59,579 bases of DNA from Octopus bimaculoides. Its lineage: Eukaryota. Numbering within the stretch: the first letter of the stretch is position 1; every line of letters begins with the position of its first letter. Where the stretch lies: assembly GCF_001194135.2 (NCBI RefSeq), contig NC_068991.1:24211322-24270900 (forward strand), read 5' to 3'. Under the pieces are notes generated by a model, which did no database searches, had not been told where the DNA came from, and saw nothing but the letters and a program-made list of their open reading frames with translations. The translations under genes were made by a program, and so were the position numbers. Shown here one piece after another: positions 10,217-22,674 of this stretch.

Positions 10217-12556
10217 TTTACATCTTTCTAAAGTCGATAAAATAAAGTACAGGTTAAATACTGGGGTTTGATATAATCGTCCATACCACTCCCCCAAAAG
10301 TGGTGGTCTTGCTTATGTTTTAGAAAATATTCAGGGAATAAAAATCTGCCAGAAATAGTAGAGTGCTGCAGAAAGTGCTTTGCGTTATTTTTGTTAAATA
10401 AACTTCACGTTCTGTGGTCTAATTTTACTATGTCGAATTTCTTTTCATCTTTAACCTGGTTCGATGACATACGTTTTGATTAAGTGTTGAGTTGTATTAA
10501 GTCGACATTACTGCGAATTCATGGCCTTGTGTCAATATAAGAAGTCAGCATTCAGTTACTTCTTTTTACGTAGTCAGAGTCAACTTGCTTTAATTCCTCT
10601 GTGAACTTTTAAATGAGAAAACGGAATCTTGTCAAATAACTGTATATGCATCAGTGTTACTTGTAGTTTCAAATCTGTTTAGTGGAATGAAATTATAAGA
10701 GAGAGGGTGAGGGAGAGAGAGAGAAAGAGAGAGAGAGAGATGCAATGTCTGCTGCGCACTTACAATCTTCCCTCAAGTATTTCCGTCGATTTACTCGGTT
10801 TCTACGGAACATTCTTCTTTACTTTATCCATGTGTTTTTATGATGGCGGACCACCATCCGAAGCGTTGAACTCTCTTTCCTTCTGGCAGCGTAAAACTAA
10901 TTATCTTGTGTTCCTACTAATTTGTTTTTGTTCCTGGAATGATTTAGATATCATTTCCACCCGTTGATGCATACCTATCCCCTTTTATTACAACAGGATT
11001 AAATTTCCATTATTACACGACGATACCCTTCCACCCACGCAAAATTTGTGACTCTGTGTCACTGTTAAAAACACTTTTAATATAATTGAGACTATGTTCC
11101 TGGGGATCAGGTTGATGGGAGAGACTGTAAAGTCTTAAACATTAAATACCTTACAGTATTTTCTCACACCGCACCCCTTACAATTTGAGTTCAAATCTCA
11201 CAAGAATGAGCATTATATGTTCCTCCTTGGTCAGTATAATCAGGACGATTAGTGTATTAAAATCTTAGAGATGAAATATCTTATGGACCTAATCATTACC
11301 ACTTCATCCACAGTTGACAATTTATGAAGTTTCTAACCATTGTTCCGTCTCTCTGAAATATCATATTGACTACTAGCGTTAGAAAATAATACTCTCCAGG
11401 TCTCTGTGAATTTCAACACTCAGCCTTTCCTAACATTTTATATACGAAAATATAAACATTGTTTGTTCTGACTGTCTGGTCTAAAGAAGTCCTAATCTGA
11501 GGAATGCATCTGCCATTATTCAGATTCTAGTATCTAATATCAGCGGAATTATTTTCGAATCAATGATGTGAAATTTGGTAAATTACGAGGGTTCTCCTTC
11601 TGTAGGATAACATATTGCTCGTACAGTGGTAGATTTGGTCAAGAATGCCTATGACCAAGAACAGCAGATATCTGTATTCCAACAAAAATACAGTGTTGTA
11701 AAATCTAACGCTGTCTTGGAAGTGCTCGTAACTGCGATTCCTTGGTTTGTTCATTATATTACGGTGATACAGTGCTGTTTCTCTTTGGTTAAGCAATATG
11801 ACAGCAGATGTAAGATTTACCGTTTGAGGAACTCTCTGGTGAGAATGTTTGGCATTTCAAAGTTAGCAATAGGCATTCATAGATCCACATGAAAGACGCA
11901 ATAAATTTTCTTTTGAAAAACAAATGTTACTGTCTCTGTTATTAGGAACTCTTGTATTTCTTCTATTTTGAATGATATTTACATTTCTTTCTCTTATGTT
12001 GACACTATTTTTTCAACTGTTTTTCTGTTTTGAATAATATTTACATTTCTTTACCGTGATACTAATTTTCTACCATTTTTAAAGCGACAAGAACCCTAGA
12101 TCTATCTTTAACAATTAATCGTCTTTTTCGTACTTTCTGTCGTTGTTCTGCAGCTATTCTTCTTTTCTTTTTCGGGTGCCGTATTGTTTTCTTATATTTC
12201 ATCTAATATTCTTTCAGTTAATCTTATTCTTTTTGTCTCTAGCCTTGATTTTGCTCCTCGTTGTCGTTTTACAGCACTTCTTTTTCTCTCCAATCAAAGA
12301 TGAGCATTTTCTCTCTGACCGAGAACTTGTTCACCAATTTTACTTTCATTCTTCTCTTGTATATTTGAAAGACTAAATTATGTGTTGCTGTTCTATAGAT
12401 TTCTCTTTCTCATATTCTTTGTCTAATTTTTCTCTCACGAGCTAACCACCACTGCTTTTCCTCGATTTTTTTTCCATGTCCGTGATCGCAATAAATGAGA
12501 GATATAGAACGAATTGAGGTGTGGGTTGTAAGGGAAAAGAAACAAGAGAGATAGTT

Positions 12557-12615
<59 letters not shown>

Positions 12616-13824
12616 TTGTAAACAATAAAAGATCAGGTACAAATATGAAATATTTACATTAAAAAGGATATTAATTAAAACAAAATAATTACTCCAACTT
12701 TTAAATTTGTAAAGAATTCCGAGACAGATAGCAAAGAAAAGGAAACCTTTGAAAATGAACAAACAAAAAGAAAGCGTAAGATTTCTGCAATATGATATTA
12801 AACAGAAAGTGGATGATGTATGCAAAGAGGTACAACAGAACGATCGACTTATGAAATCCTAACCAACAAGAATAAAAAATACCATTTTGATATTTTTTCT
12901 TGAGTTAAGGGAACAAATATGAAAGCTGCTCGAAAGATTTAATTTGAAAAGGAAAATAACAATACTTTAAAATGAATATTAATTATAAAAAGATAATTAC
13001 TTCTGAGACAAACAGCAACAAATTTTATGAAAATGTCTGTATTTTAATAACAGACACAAATGTCGGCTAGTTGGTTCATTTCTCCAATTGCGCTTGAAAT
13101 CGTATAGAAAGAGTGTGGAGGGAAAGAGAAAGAGTAAAAAAAGACTCAGTAAGAAAGAGGGAAAGAATGAAAGAGACAGTGGGATGGGGAGAGAGAAAGT
13201 AACTGATGGAGTAATGGAAGGAGTTCAAACTTTGCGAGACATAGGTTTTCAATGAAATAGATTGCAATTATGTTGAGAAAGATCAGAAAAATAACAACGT
13301 ATATATATATATATATATNNNNNNNNNNNNNNNNNNNNNNNNNNNNNNNNNNNNNNNNNNNNNNNNNNNNNNNNNNNNNNNNNNNNNNNNNNNNNNNNNN
13401 NNNNNNNNNNNNNNNNNNNNNNNNNNNNNNNNNNNNNNNNNNNNNNNNNNNNNNNNNNNNNNNNNNNNNNNNNNNNNNNNNNNNNNNNNNNNNNNNNNNN
13501 NNNNNNNNNNNNNNNNNNNNNNNNNNNNNNNNNNNNNNNNNNNNNNNNNNNNNNNNNNNNNNNNNNNNNNNNNNNNNNNNNNNNNNNNNNNNNNNNNNNN
13601 NNNNNNNNNNNNNNNNNNNNNNNNNNNNNNNNNNNNNNNNTTTAATAAAAGTGAAAAAGGAATCATTGTAAATGCATATATAAACAGGATCTTGATAGCA
13701 TATGTAATGAGATATTAATTTAAAATACGTTACAACGATTACTTGTACTAACAAAGAAATATTATCTTCTGTTTACGAATTTCTAACCATAAAATTTGTT
13801 CATAGAAATAATTTATTTCTACCA

Positions 13825-14058
13825 AGGCGGCGAGTTTGCAGAAACGTTCGCGCACCGGGCGTAATGCTTAGCAGTATTTCGACTATCCTTACGTTCTGAG
13901 TTCGAATTCCGCCGAGGTCGACTTTGCCTTTCATCCTTTCGGGGTCGATAAATTAAGGACCAGTTACGCACAGGGGGTCGATGTAATCGACTTTATTCCT
14001 TTGTCTGTCCTTGTTTGTCCCCTTCTATGTTTAACCCCTTGTAGGCAATAAAGAAATA
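13825..14058 (+). mobile_element. Full-length SINE family A with 21-bp TSD
   Basis: tRNA-like head (B box GAGTTCGAATTCC) and central GGTCGACTTTGCCTTTCATCCTTTCGGGGTCGATAAA (resembles the Nin/Deu-type SINE domain). TSD AGAAATAATTTATTTCTACCA at 13804-13824 and 14059-14079. Confidence 0.95.
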
Positions 14059-14079
14059 AGAAATAATTTATTTCTACCA

Positions 14080-14240
14080 TTGACACAAGGTCTAAAATTT
14101 TATGGATGGGGGTGGAGCGAGTGCCAGTTGATTACATCGACTCCAGTGCCCAACTGGTAATTATTTTATCGACCCCGAAAGGTTGACAGGTAAAGTCGAC
14201 ACTGAAGGTATTTGAACTCCGAACGTTAAAATTTCTGCCG
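14080..14240 (-). mobile_element. Older SINE family A copy
   Basis: GATTACATCGACTCCAGT...ATCGACCCCGAAAGG...AAAGTCGAC...TTTGAACTC. Confidence 0.8.
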
Positions 14241-14391
14241 AAAACGCTGATTGGTTACTTTATATTGTCTACATCCAACTAGCATTTTCGTTCTTCTGCC
14301 ACTGTGCCTAGTATAGCGGTATAACATCTCATCCTTCAATTAGAACCAACAAACAAAAAGAATTTGATACGGGACTTAGCGTTATATAATT

Positions 14392-14426
<35 letters not shown>

Positions 14427-14730
14427 ATGTACCCTTAACTGTGATCATGCGTGTAAATATGATAATCGCTTAGTTAAAAGGTGGGGATAAAGACATGGAT
14501 TTAAGAGAAAATATATGAAATATAAGAAATATATTGTAAAATTAGTTACAAGTGAATGTCACTTACCAAGAAAACGACTTAATGATCCTAACTTTAGTCA
14601 TTTTAGATAACGATGGAAAAATTTGAGACATTTAAAAAAAATATGTAGCTGTGACATATCTAAAGGTGTTTCCATATATGAGAAACATCTTGACCGTGAG
14701 AAACATTTAAACGACATTAAGGCAATTGTT

Positions 14731-14927
14731 AAGGTGGCGTGCTGGTAAAATCGTTAGCCTTATTTTGTCCGGCTTTACGTTCTGTGTTCAAATTCCACCG
14801 AGGTCGGTTTTGCTTTTCATCTTTTCGGGGTCGATCAAATAAGTACCTGACGAGTACTGGGTAAGATGTAACTGACTTACCCACTCCTCCGAAATTGCTA
14901 GCCTTGTGCCAAAATTTGAAACCAATA
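14731..14927 (+). mobile_element. Older SINE family A copy
   Basis: Head AAGGTGGCGTGCTGG, B box GTTCAAATTCC, central domain, tail GCCTTGTGCCAAAATTTGAAACCAAT. Confidence 0.85.
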
Positions 14928-15034
14928 TCAATGCAAATGTCCAAATGATCTCTTAATGATCTCTTATGCTCTCCTACTTTTTCGTGTAGCATGTCTCAAA
15001 TATAACTCCCACTGAACTGAAAAATGTGTGTGTT

Positions 15035-16700
15035 TGTGACAGAACACAATTCCTTCATTTCCATACAGGATTATCTTCCAGGCCTTCTTTGTAATACATG
15101 TCCTAGTACAAAAATTGCCAAGGCAATTAAATGTACATGATTAAAAGAAACAGCTATTTTTCTTGATGTCATTTGGTGAGCTATACCTGTTGAAGAATAT
15201 ATTAAATTTTCATTAATTATTGATGAATGTACAGACAAAAAAAAATAATAAACTTCTAATTCTAGCTAGATTTTACAGCCATAGTTTTAAAAAATTAGTT
15301 AAGTTTTTAACTCTTTTGGTAATTTCATTACTGCCTGAAGCTTGTATAATTCTATAATAATTTCAGTAAAAAACACGGCGTCTGATGGGGTGTGCAAGTG
15401 ACAGTGCAAATACAACTGATGAGGTTAAATGTGATGGTAAAGTTTTCTAGAAAGCTGGAATACTTTTTGCAAAAATATTTTTTCTTTCTACTAAAGGTGC
15501 AAGCCTGAAATTTTTTGGAAAAGAGCTAGTTGATTACATCAACCCCAATACCTGACTGGTACTTATTCCATCCACCTCGAAACGTTGAAAGTCAAAGTCG
15601 ACCAAGGTAGAATTCTAACTTAGGAGTAAAGCCAGAAGACATGCCGTTAAGTATTTTATGTGGCATACTACTGATTCTCTCAGCTCGCTGCCTCTTTTCT
15701 GAATAACTATATATGCAATTCAATGCATTTATGTGCATTTTATGCACGTGCTGAGCTTCCAATTTCCTTAGAGCAGTTGACTAGAATTTTTCTTTTAATG
15801 TCCAAACGTCTAGATCAATTGATTTATTACGGCCTTCTACTTCATATAGCCTGCCTCACTGTATGCGTTAGTGACAAAACAGTCCCCGCATTTCAATACT
15901 GGATCATCTTCTAGGTTTTCTATTTAAGCCATGTCCTGATAAATAGCAAACAGCCGAAGTACATTATCTTAATAGGCAGAATTTCAGAAATTTACCCAGA
16001 CTAATCCTAAAAGAGATTTTAAACCTTGCAGTGCACAGTGGTTGTCAAACCAGCAAGTGGTAAACATACTACTAAATGAAATACTAGTACTTATATTTCA
16101 TACTTTAGCGATATTAGATGTCATAACTTCAATATCTATAATACAAGATATACAGAATTCCACTTGTAAAAATTACCATACATTTTTAACTGTTCCTTTA
16201 TCATATATAAATAAAGTTTAGAGATTCAAGCTGCAACCTTCAAAATTCATAAGCAGTGTACTTTTATCAAGAGTAATATAAAAGATGTTCTTGATAATTT
16301 CATAGAAAAACAAGTACTATTGAAAGCTGGCATCAATGATCGTTCAGTTTCTTTTCACTTAGGTGAAATATTCCTGTTGTAAAAATTAAAAGTATAGATG
16401 TAAAATACTCTTCAACAATCTAAACTAAAAGAACTTAAATAAATTCAGCTTAGGATAATGAACCTTTTGTATGAAACTAAACAAAGACATGAAGAGACAG
16501 TTTATATTATCTACAATGTTTCCTAGATTACAGCTGTTTGAAGCTTTAGCCACCTCCAATTATTTCATTATGAAATTTCCTTTTATTTTTTAAGAAAAAG
16601 TGTATGAAGATATCAATAAAGAATTTCCGGAATTTAATTTACCAAAGAATGACATTTCGGTGTCTGAGAAATAGTACTACTTTATTTCCTAAGAAAAATC
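15035..16700 (+). mobile_element. hAT-superfamily transposase relic, interrupted by a SINE
   Basis: TKIAKAIKCT..., FSLIIDECTD (first catalytic D), MHLCAFYARAELPISLEQLTR..SKRLDQL (cf. CxxH-LHL motif), KPCSAQWLSNQQVV (cf. PxxTRWLS). Confidence 0.7.
15496..15693 (-). mobile_element. Older SINE family A copy inside the hAT relic
   Basis: Family A central domain and head CAGCTCGCTGCCT. Confidence 0.75.
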
Positions 16701-16919
16701 TGGAGATAAAATTCGTTTCGCTCTTATCTAGACATTTAAGATAAATTTATTTTCATTGCCTCGTGTTTCAGCTGCAACTAAAAGGCTGTTTTCTATACCT
16801 CTAAGATCTTGTTCTCGGTTAAATAAGGAAACATTAAGTACTTTGTTATAGAGAACATTTAAGAAATGTTTAGAATGGTAAACGGTTGGAAAATTACGCA
16901 AAATAAACGAGGGAGAATA

Positions 16920-16983
16920 TATATACTCTTTTACTCTTTTATTTGTTTCAGTCCTTTGACTGCGGCCATGCTGGAGCACCGCC

Positions 16984-16986
<3 letters not shown>
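16920..16986 (-). mobile_element. SINE family B extreme 3' tail
   Basis: TACTCTTTTACTCTTTTATTTGTTTCAGTCCTTTGACTGCGGCCATGCTGGAGCACCGCC. Confidence 0.8.
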
Positions 16987-17022
<36 letters not shown>

Positions 17023-17078
17023 CATATGAGTGTACTTATTTATACACACGCACGCGCACACGCATTTACATACATATA

Positions 17079-17905
17079 TATCAATTTAATCTACACAATT
17101 GCAAAAGAGCTACTAATAGTTTCATGCTTTACGATACATTAAATTGGTAAATTTATAAAACATGCCATGTATTTCCAAGCAATCTTTCGGGCTCAGTACA
17201 TACGTTAGGAGTATTAAAAAACCAGAATGCAAACTATGAGAAAACATGAGAAAAAAAGCGTAAAGAAAAAATGCGAAGAATGTTGATGCAAGAAGTGGAA
17301 CGAACAGAAAGAAAGGTAAAGTAAAAAACCAAGATCTTCGTCCTCTTTGACTATAGAAACCGTAATCGATGTAGCTGGTGCAGATTAATATAACAGAAGA
17401 GAGTCCAAAGTCTGTGAGATAGCTACTCAGTCCGGAGCGGGTGTTGTCTTCCAGTTCGAAAAAAGAAACCTATCCGTATGGTTGCATTTTCTAAACATTT
17501 CCGATCTGGAACTAAGCAGTGTGATGGAATTCTTGAACCTATAAAGACTGTGCTATGATTCAGCAACGCATAAGTTGCATTTCTTAAATCCGTTAACATA
17601 TGGATTGGTGTTCTCGATGTTTCTCCACTTTATTGTATGTGGTGTGAATTTGATCTTTAATCCCCATATATGGCTAGCCATCTTAGTGGGATTACTTTTG
17701 TCGATGTGCCAGAAGCGTTTTGTAAAATCGTCTTCCCTAATCCCGATATAATTCTTATTTTTGGTTAAGGTTATCTTGAAGCGTTGCTGTGACTTCTGCT
17801 TCTCATGCGGCTGAGTTTGTCATACATACCTGGTCAAGTGGGTAAGCTTGAGGGTTCCAACAGTTGCAACCGGGAGTGGGCTCTTGATAATGTTTACAAA
17901 TGGTA
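17079..17905 (-). mobile_element. Second Penelope-like relic: GIY-YIG domain plus 3' end
   Basis: CNCWNPQAYPLDQVC...EAEVTATLQD...KNYIGIREDDFTKRF...SHIWGLK...IKWRNIE...PYVNGFKKCNLCVAE...LLSSRSEMFRKCNH. Confidence 0.9.
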
Positions 17906-17973
17906 ATGTTCATATTAAAACAGAGAACGAAAATCTTGATTTTCTTACTTTTCTTTGCTTTTTGCCTCAACCC

Positions 17974-18173
17974 TCTTCGTGCTTTTCCTTCTCGATTTTT
18001 CTCCTGATTTTTCATAGTCTAGCGTTCTGGTTTTTAAATATATCTAACATATGAACTAAGTTTGAAAGATTGCTTGGAGATACATGGTATGCTTTATAGA
18101 TCTGTCAATTTAATGTATTGTAAAGTATGAAACTATTTGTTGCTCTTTTGTAATCGTCTTTATTAAATTGATA
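17974..18173 (+). mobile_element. Inverted copy of the second PLE's 3' end
   Basis: Aligns in reverse complement to 17079-17280 (e.g. GAAAGATTGCTTGGARATACATGG and CAATTTAATGTATYGTAAAGYATGAAACTATT). Confidence 0.85.
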
Positions 18174-18630
18174 TTCATCTCTCACTGGATGGAGTACTTT
18201 TTTATTGATCCTACCAATATTGGATCTGTGAACTGTGTGTGTGTGTGTGTGTGTGTTTGTGTGTATGTGTGTGCGTGCGTGTGAATGTATGCTTGATAAG
18301 AATAACTGCTGGATGAAACATCTGTTAAAAGCAATGAAATTAAGGAACCTTTTTCGTTTTAAATCAACTTTATGGTCCTCACTAAATTTCTCGTTCGCTC
18401 ATTAAGGTTTAGACATAGCAAAAATCTCTTATTCAAATTCAAATAAATCTTTCAACGGTTGCAGAATATTTTATTGATTTGCTGTATTTGCTATCAGTCA
18501 ATGTGTAAGGCATTGATCGATCTTTAGTGGAATACGTTAAATAAAACACATTCTTGATAATTCAATGTATCATAAATAAATTTCAATAAATTCAAATATA
18601 CTTTGCTCACCCTGAGTATTCAGAAAGTAC

Positions 18631-18677
18631 TCGTGTCATGTTAAAACTACCCGAAGGGTGGTTTTAACATGACACGA
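18631..18677. repeat. 22-bp hairpin with GAA loop
   Basis: TCGTGTCATGTTAAAACTACCC-GAA-GGGTGGTTTTAACATGACACGA, one G:T pair. Confidence 0.95.
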
Positions 18678-18892
18678 AGAAGACAACAACTACAACAAGA
18701 AATGAAAAGGCATTAGGGGTCGCAGACAATGACAGGTGAAAACATCAGAGAGGAAACCATGGGTGCTGTTGATGCTAATCACACGACATCTACTTCTTCC
18801 AACTCAAGATAGCCAGAACAGGAGAAAGACGAAGCAATTCTTTACATCCTCTGCACAACCAGCATGTTTTTTTTTCAAACTGCCTTTGCACA

Positions 18893-19062
18893 ACCCGATG
18901 TAATTCTTATTTTCCGTTAAGGTCATCTTGAAGCGTAGCTGTGACGTCTGCCTCACATACGTCGGAATTTATCACATACGCCTAGTCAAGTGGACAAGTT
19001 TCAGGGTTTCGGAAGTTACAATTGAGAGTGGGCTCTTGGTGATGTTTACGAGTGAGGTAGAG
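18893..19062 (-). mobile_element. Further fragment of the same PLE family (start of endonuclease)
   Basis: KHHQEPTLNCNFRNPETCPLD...EADVTATLQDDLNG/KNYIGL; paralogous to 17745-17905. Confidence 0.85.
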
Positions 19063-19374
19063 CGCAAATAAACCAAGAAGTTTCCTCCTCCATACAGAGC
19101 AGACCAGAAGCTACGAATAGCAGTTCTCCCCACCCACATCATCTTGTGGTGGTGATGATGAAATTGGGAGTGAAGGAAAAGGGAAAGCGTAGAGCGAGGT
19201 GGCAGCGAATAAAGAAGAATGGAAAACAGAATGAGTCCGAGCTGAAGACAAGTAAGATATTGCAAGTCCCTAACCGTTGTCGCCCCAACACCTAGGGTAG
19301 ATATTACAATAGATATTAGATATTATTATGGATATCATATACACAGTATCATCACTAGTGGTAGAGTTTGAGAC

Positions 19375-20097
19375 TGGTTTGAGACAGTTGTCATGCTTCA
19401 GATAGCTTACAAGGACGCTGCCATGAGCAAATCACAAGTTTACAACTGGTTTTCACACTTTAGGAATGGTCACTTGTCACTTGAAGATCAATCTCGTTCA
19501 GGGCTCCCGAACGAATGAAACATCATGAAAATTCCCGAACTGGTCTTGGAGGACCGTCGCCGAACAATTGATGAACTTGTTGATATGACTGGTGTGTCCT
19601 GGAGCTCCTGCCAATGAATTTTGAGTGAGGAATTGTGAATGAAAAGAGTTGCAGCAAAATTTGTGCCTCGTTTGCTCACGGAAAATCAAAAGCAGTCACG
19701 ACTGAATTCATGTCGCAAACTGAAAGAACAGTTGAAAGTTGATCCAGACCTTTTTCCGAAGGTCATTACCAGCTACGACCTGAAAACGAAGTAGCAGTCA
19801 GGTCAATTGAAGCATTCAATGTCACCAGTCCCCCCCCCAAATCGAGTCAAGTGAAGTCCAATATCAAGACGGTGCTGATGTGTTTCATCGATGCGAAAGG
19901 AATTGTCCACACAAAATTTGTTCCTCCTCGTCAAACTATTAACCAGACATTTTAACTTGGAAATTCTGAAGCGTTTGCAAGATGCAGTGAGACTAAAACG
20001 CCCCGACCTGTAGCAAAGTGGAGAGAGGTGGTTTCATCAAGACAATGCACCTAGCACGCCGCCTTGAGTGTGAGACAGTTTTTGACCGAAAATAAAT
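19375..20097 (+). mobile_element. Mariner (DD34D) transposase relic
   Basis: VYNWFSHFRNGHLSLEDQSRSG...DRRRTIDEL...AKFVPRLLT...KTVLMCFIDAKGIVH...FHQDNAP. Confidence 0.92.
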
Positions 20098-20145
20098 TCA
20101 CGAGCAGAACTTTCTGCTCGTGACCAGTGATAAGACTAGATTCAA

Positions 20146-20823
20146 ATCATAAAAATAACCGCCTCAACTTCAACCATCACTTTCCTTCTCTTCCTCTTTA
20201 TTATTATCTTCATCTTCCTCACTAATACCATTATCAACATTTTCATGACCGTCACCACCACTACCACCACCACCAATCTATCAACATGGGATAATGACGG
20301 TTGCCCTCAAATCTTACCTTATTGTCTTAGAAAAGGACACGTTGAATAATAAGGTCCTGTGTGTTTCCGACAAAGTAAAAGCAAGATGGTCGCAGCTGGA
20401 ACACCTTTGGATGGTGACAATCGGAACACATATAGAGCTCCTTTGGGGGATAAGCAAAAACATATGAAGACAATTTTCATCCACATTATTTGATTTCCTT
20501 GGTCTTCCGTTCAGTCTTACTTTGGTACTGAATATATTGTGGTGGCGGAGGCGGAGGCGGAGACGGAGACGGAGGCGGAGACGGAGGCGGAGACGGAGGC
20601 GGAGACGGAGGTGGAGGCGATGGTAGTGGTGGCCCCGGCGACGGTTATAGTGTTGGTGTTGGAGACGGCGGCGGCAGCGGCGGCAGTTGTTACTATCGTG
20701 GTGGCGGCAATCATGAAGATGTTGGTAATGGTATCAGTGAGGAGGACGATGACAAAGATGACGATAATGAAGAAGAGGAAGAGGAGAGTGATGGCTGAAG
20801 GTTGAGGTGGTGGTTTTTATGAT
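20146..20823. repeat. Inverted repeat pair (20146-20270 / 20690-20823) around a dispersed repeat and a GGC/GGAGAC tract
   Basis: Shared non-periodic core CCTCACTRATACCATTAYCAACATYTTCATGA and ATCATAAAAA ends. Confidence 0.7.
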
Positions 20824-21152
20824 GGCAGTGATAATGATACTACATCTGTAATCTTAACTTGAACTTAATTCCTCGATAATTATCAGGTTTGGTGTTAATT
20901 TGGGTATAATTTGAGGATTAATTCTTCCATAAAGTTTTCTTTATTAGAAACATTGTGTTTGAGATAATTATCATCTGACTGAAAATTAATAAGACCTTAA
21001 TTATCAACTAAATTTGTTCCCTAGAATACATTTACAACCAAACGTTCTGTATTATTTCTTACATTTGGCAACATTGAAATCTTTAAGGTAAAATTCGGGA
21101 CTTAAGTAATATTGGTTTCTTTTAATTAACCTTGTATAGAACGGAATAACCA

Positions 21153-21440
21153 ACTGGCACTCCGTCAGTTATGACGATGAGGGTTCCAGTCGATCCAATC
21201 AACGGAAAGTACTGCTTGTGAAATTAACGTGCAAGTGTCTGAGCACTCCACAGATACCCTTGACGTGGTTCTAAGGTAGATTCAGCGTGACAAGGCTAAC
21301 CCTTTGAAATACAGGTATTACTTACTCATTTTTGCCAGCTGAGCAGTTTTGCTCAAGGACACAACGCGCCACCGGGAATTGAACTCACGACCATACGATT
21401 GTGAACCGAATACTCTAACCACTATTCCACGCACCTTCCC
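21153..21440 (-). mobile_element. SINE with family C tail and a different tRNA head/central domain (GTGTCCTTGAGCAA)
   Basis: B box GAGTTCAATTCC; tail shared with 6227 and 33750. Confidence 0.8.
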
Positions 21441-21710
21441 TATGAAACAGAATAATGTATACTTGGAACCATTGTAACTAGAAGAATAAAGCTATAATAC
21501 AGTAGTGAAATTGTATTATAGCTAATCTTAAAATATGCTAATGATTTCAAGTCATGTTTTAATTTTTATTTATTGAATTTGAATTTGTAGCTTATATTTC
21601 TATAAAAGATCCTTAAATAATATTGTATTTCGTATCTATAACAAATATACCCATCACTTTTTGCATTGTCCGAATAACAGGAAGTTTGGAAATCTGGAAT
21701 TGGTGAAGTT

Positions 21711-21949
21711 GTTGTATGCTGTCAACTTAATGTGACAGTCCCCTGAAGGGAATAATACTGCTGTTGGTTAGACCTAGGAAGCTACACTGCTTCCTGTCGG
21801 CCTTGACACATTTCCTGTGTCCTTATGTTTACAAGGGGGAGACAGGAAATGTGTCAAGGCCGACAGGAAGCGGTGTAGCTTCCTAGGTCTAACCAACAGT
21901 AGTATTATTCCCTTCAGGGGTCTGTCACATTAAGTTGACAGCATACAAC
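21711..21949. repeat. Near-perfect 239-bp palindrome (108-bp arms, 23-bp loop)
   Basis: Arms 21711-21818 and 21842-21949, three mismatches by eye. Confidence 0.97.
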
Positions 21950-21951
21950 TA

Positions 21952-22179
21952 TTGGGTTGTGCGGAAAGTTCGTGCCGATTTATAGTAGCTTACCTTTCGA
22001 CTTATTTGCCATGAAACCACCTCAGTTCTGGGAAAAGGGTATTTTCAAATTAATGGAAAGATGGAGACGCATTGTGCAACAAAATGGTTCATATTCGGTT
22101 GATTAAAAATGTAATGGCAAGTATTTATTGACCTTTTTCTCTCCTTTAAAAATCGGCACGAACTTTCTGGACAACCCAA
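21952..22179 (+). mobile_element. Mariner-derived MITE
   Basis: 30-bp TIRs TTGGGTTGT(G/C)C(G/A)GAAAGTTCGTGCCGATTT, TA TSD, and internal transposase C-terminus KPPQFWEKGIFKLMERWRRIVQQNGSY. Confidence 0.95.
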
Positions 22180-22674
22180 TACTTCATCGTATCACTGGTG
22201 CATAAATCTCTCTGAGAGATTTAGAAATGTATTATTTCTAAATCTGGAATTGGTGTTTGTAAAATTAGAAAAGAATAGAAAAAGGACAAGATAAGAAATA
22301 GATTTTGCTAGAGAGAACGCATGCGCTATGACTTTTCTTCATATTGTTGATCATCATATTATAAGCGGTGTAATGATGCCGATTCGATTCTCAGTAGAAT
22401 TCGCTTACCTAAAGCCATAAATTTTCCTGAGGATTTCATGCAGTATCCTTTGGGGTTCTCTGCCAAAACTAGATATGAATGTTAGTTAGAAATACATTCA
22501 AATTAAATTTACTGGATGCGCACGAAGCAGCGTTGATTGGAATATAGGTGTATATTTATATTTAATACATTTGTATACACTCAAACATGGAAAGATTTTC
22601 GCTGAAGGAATCATCCCAATAAAGAAATTATCTTTATAGATAATATGTTTGACTAACACACCACTGGGATGTAA

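Noticed and set aside
11300-12400. Possible very old CR1/L2-like RT on the minus strand (PIANF...LTREFLKR*ILHLL...ALDF; K/R/E-rich upstream)
   Set aside because: Similarity is too weak to support by eye, and no catalytic motif was found. A frameshift-aware search against PF00078 would decide.
20539-20805. Gly-rich/acidic or AETE-repeat ORFs
   Set aside because: Translations of simple repeats that form part of an inverted repeat; no start or splice support.
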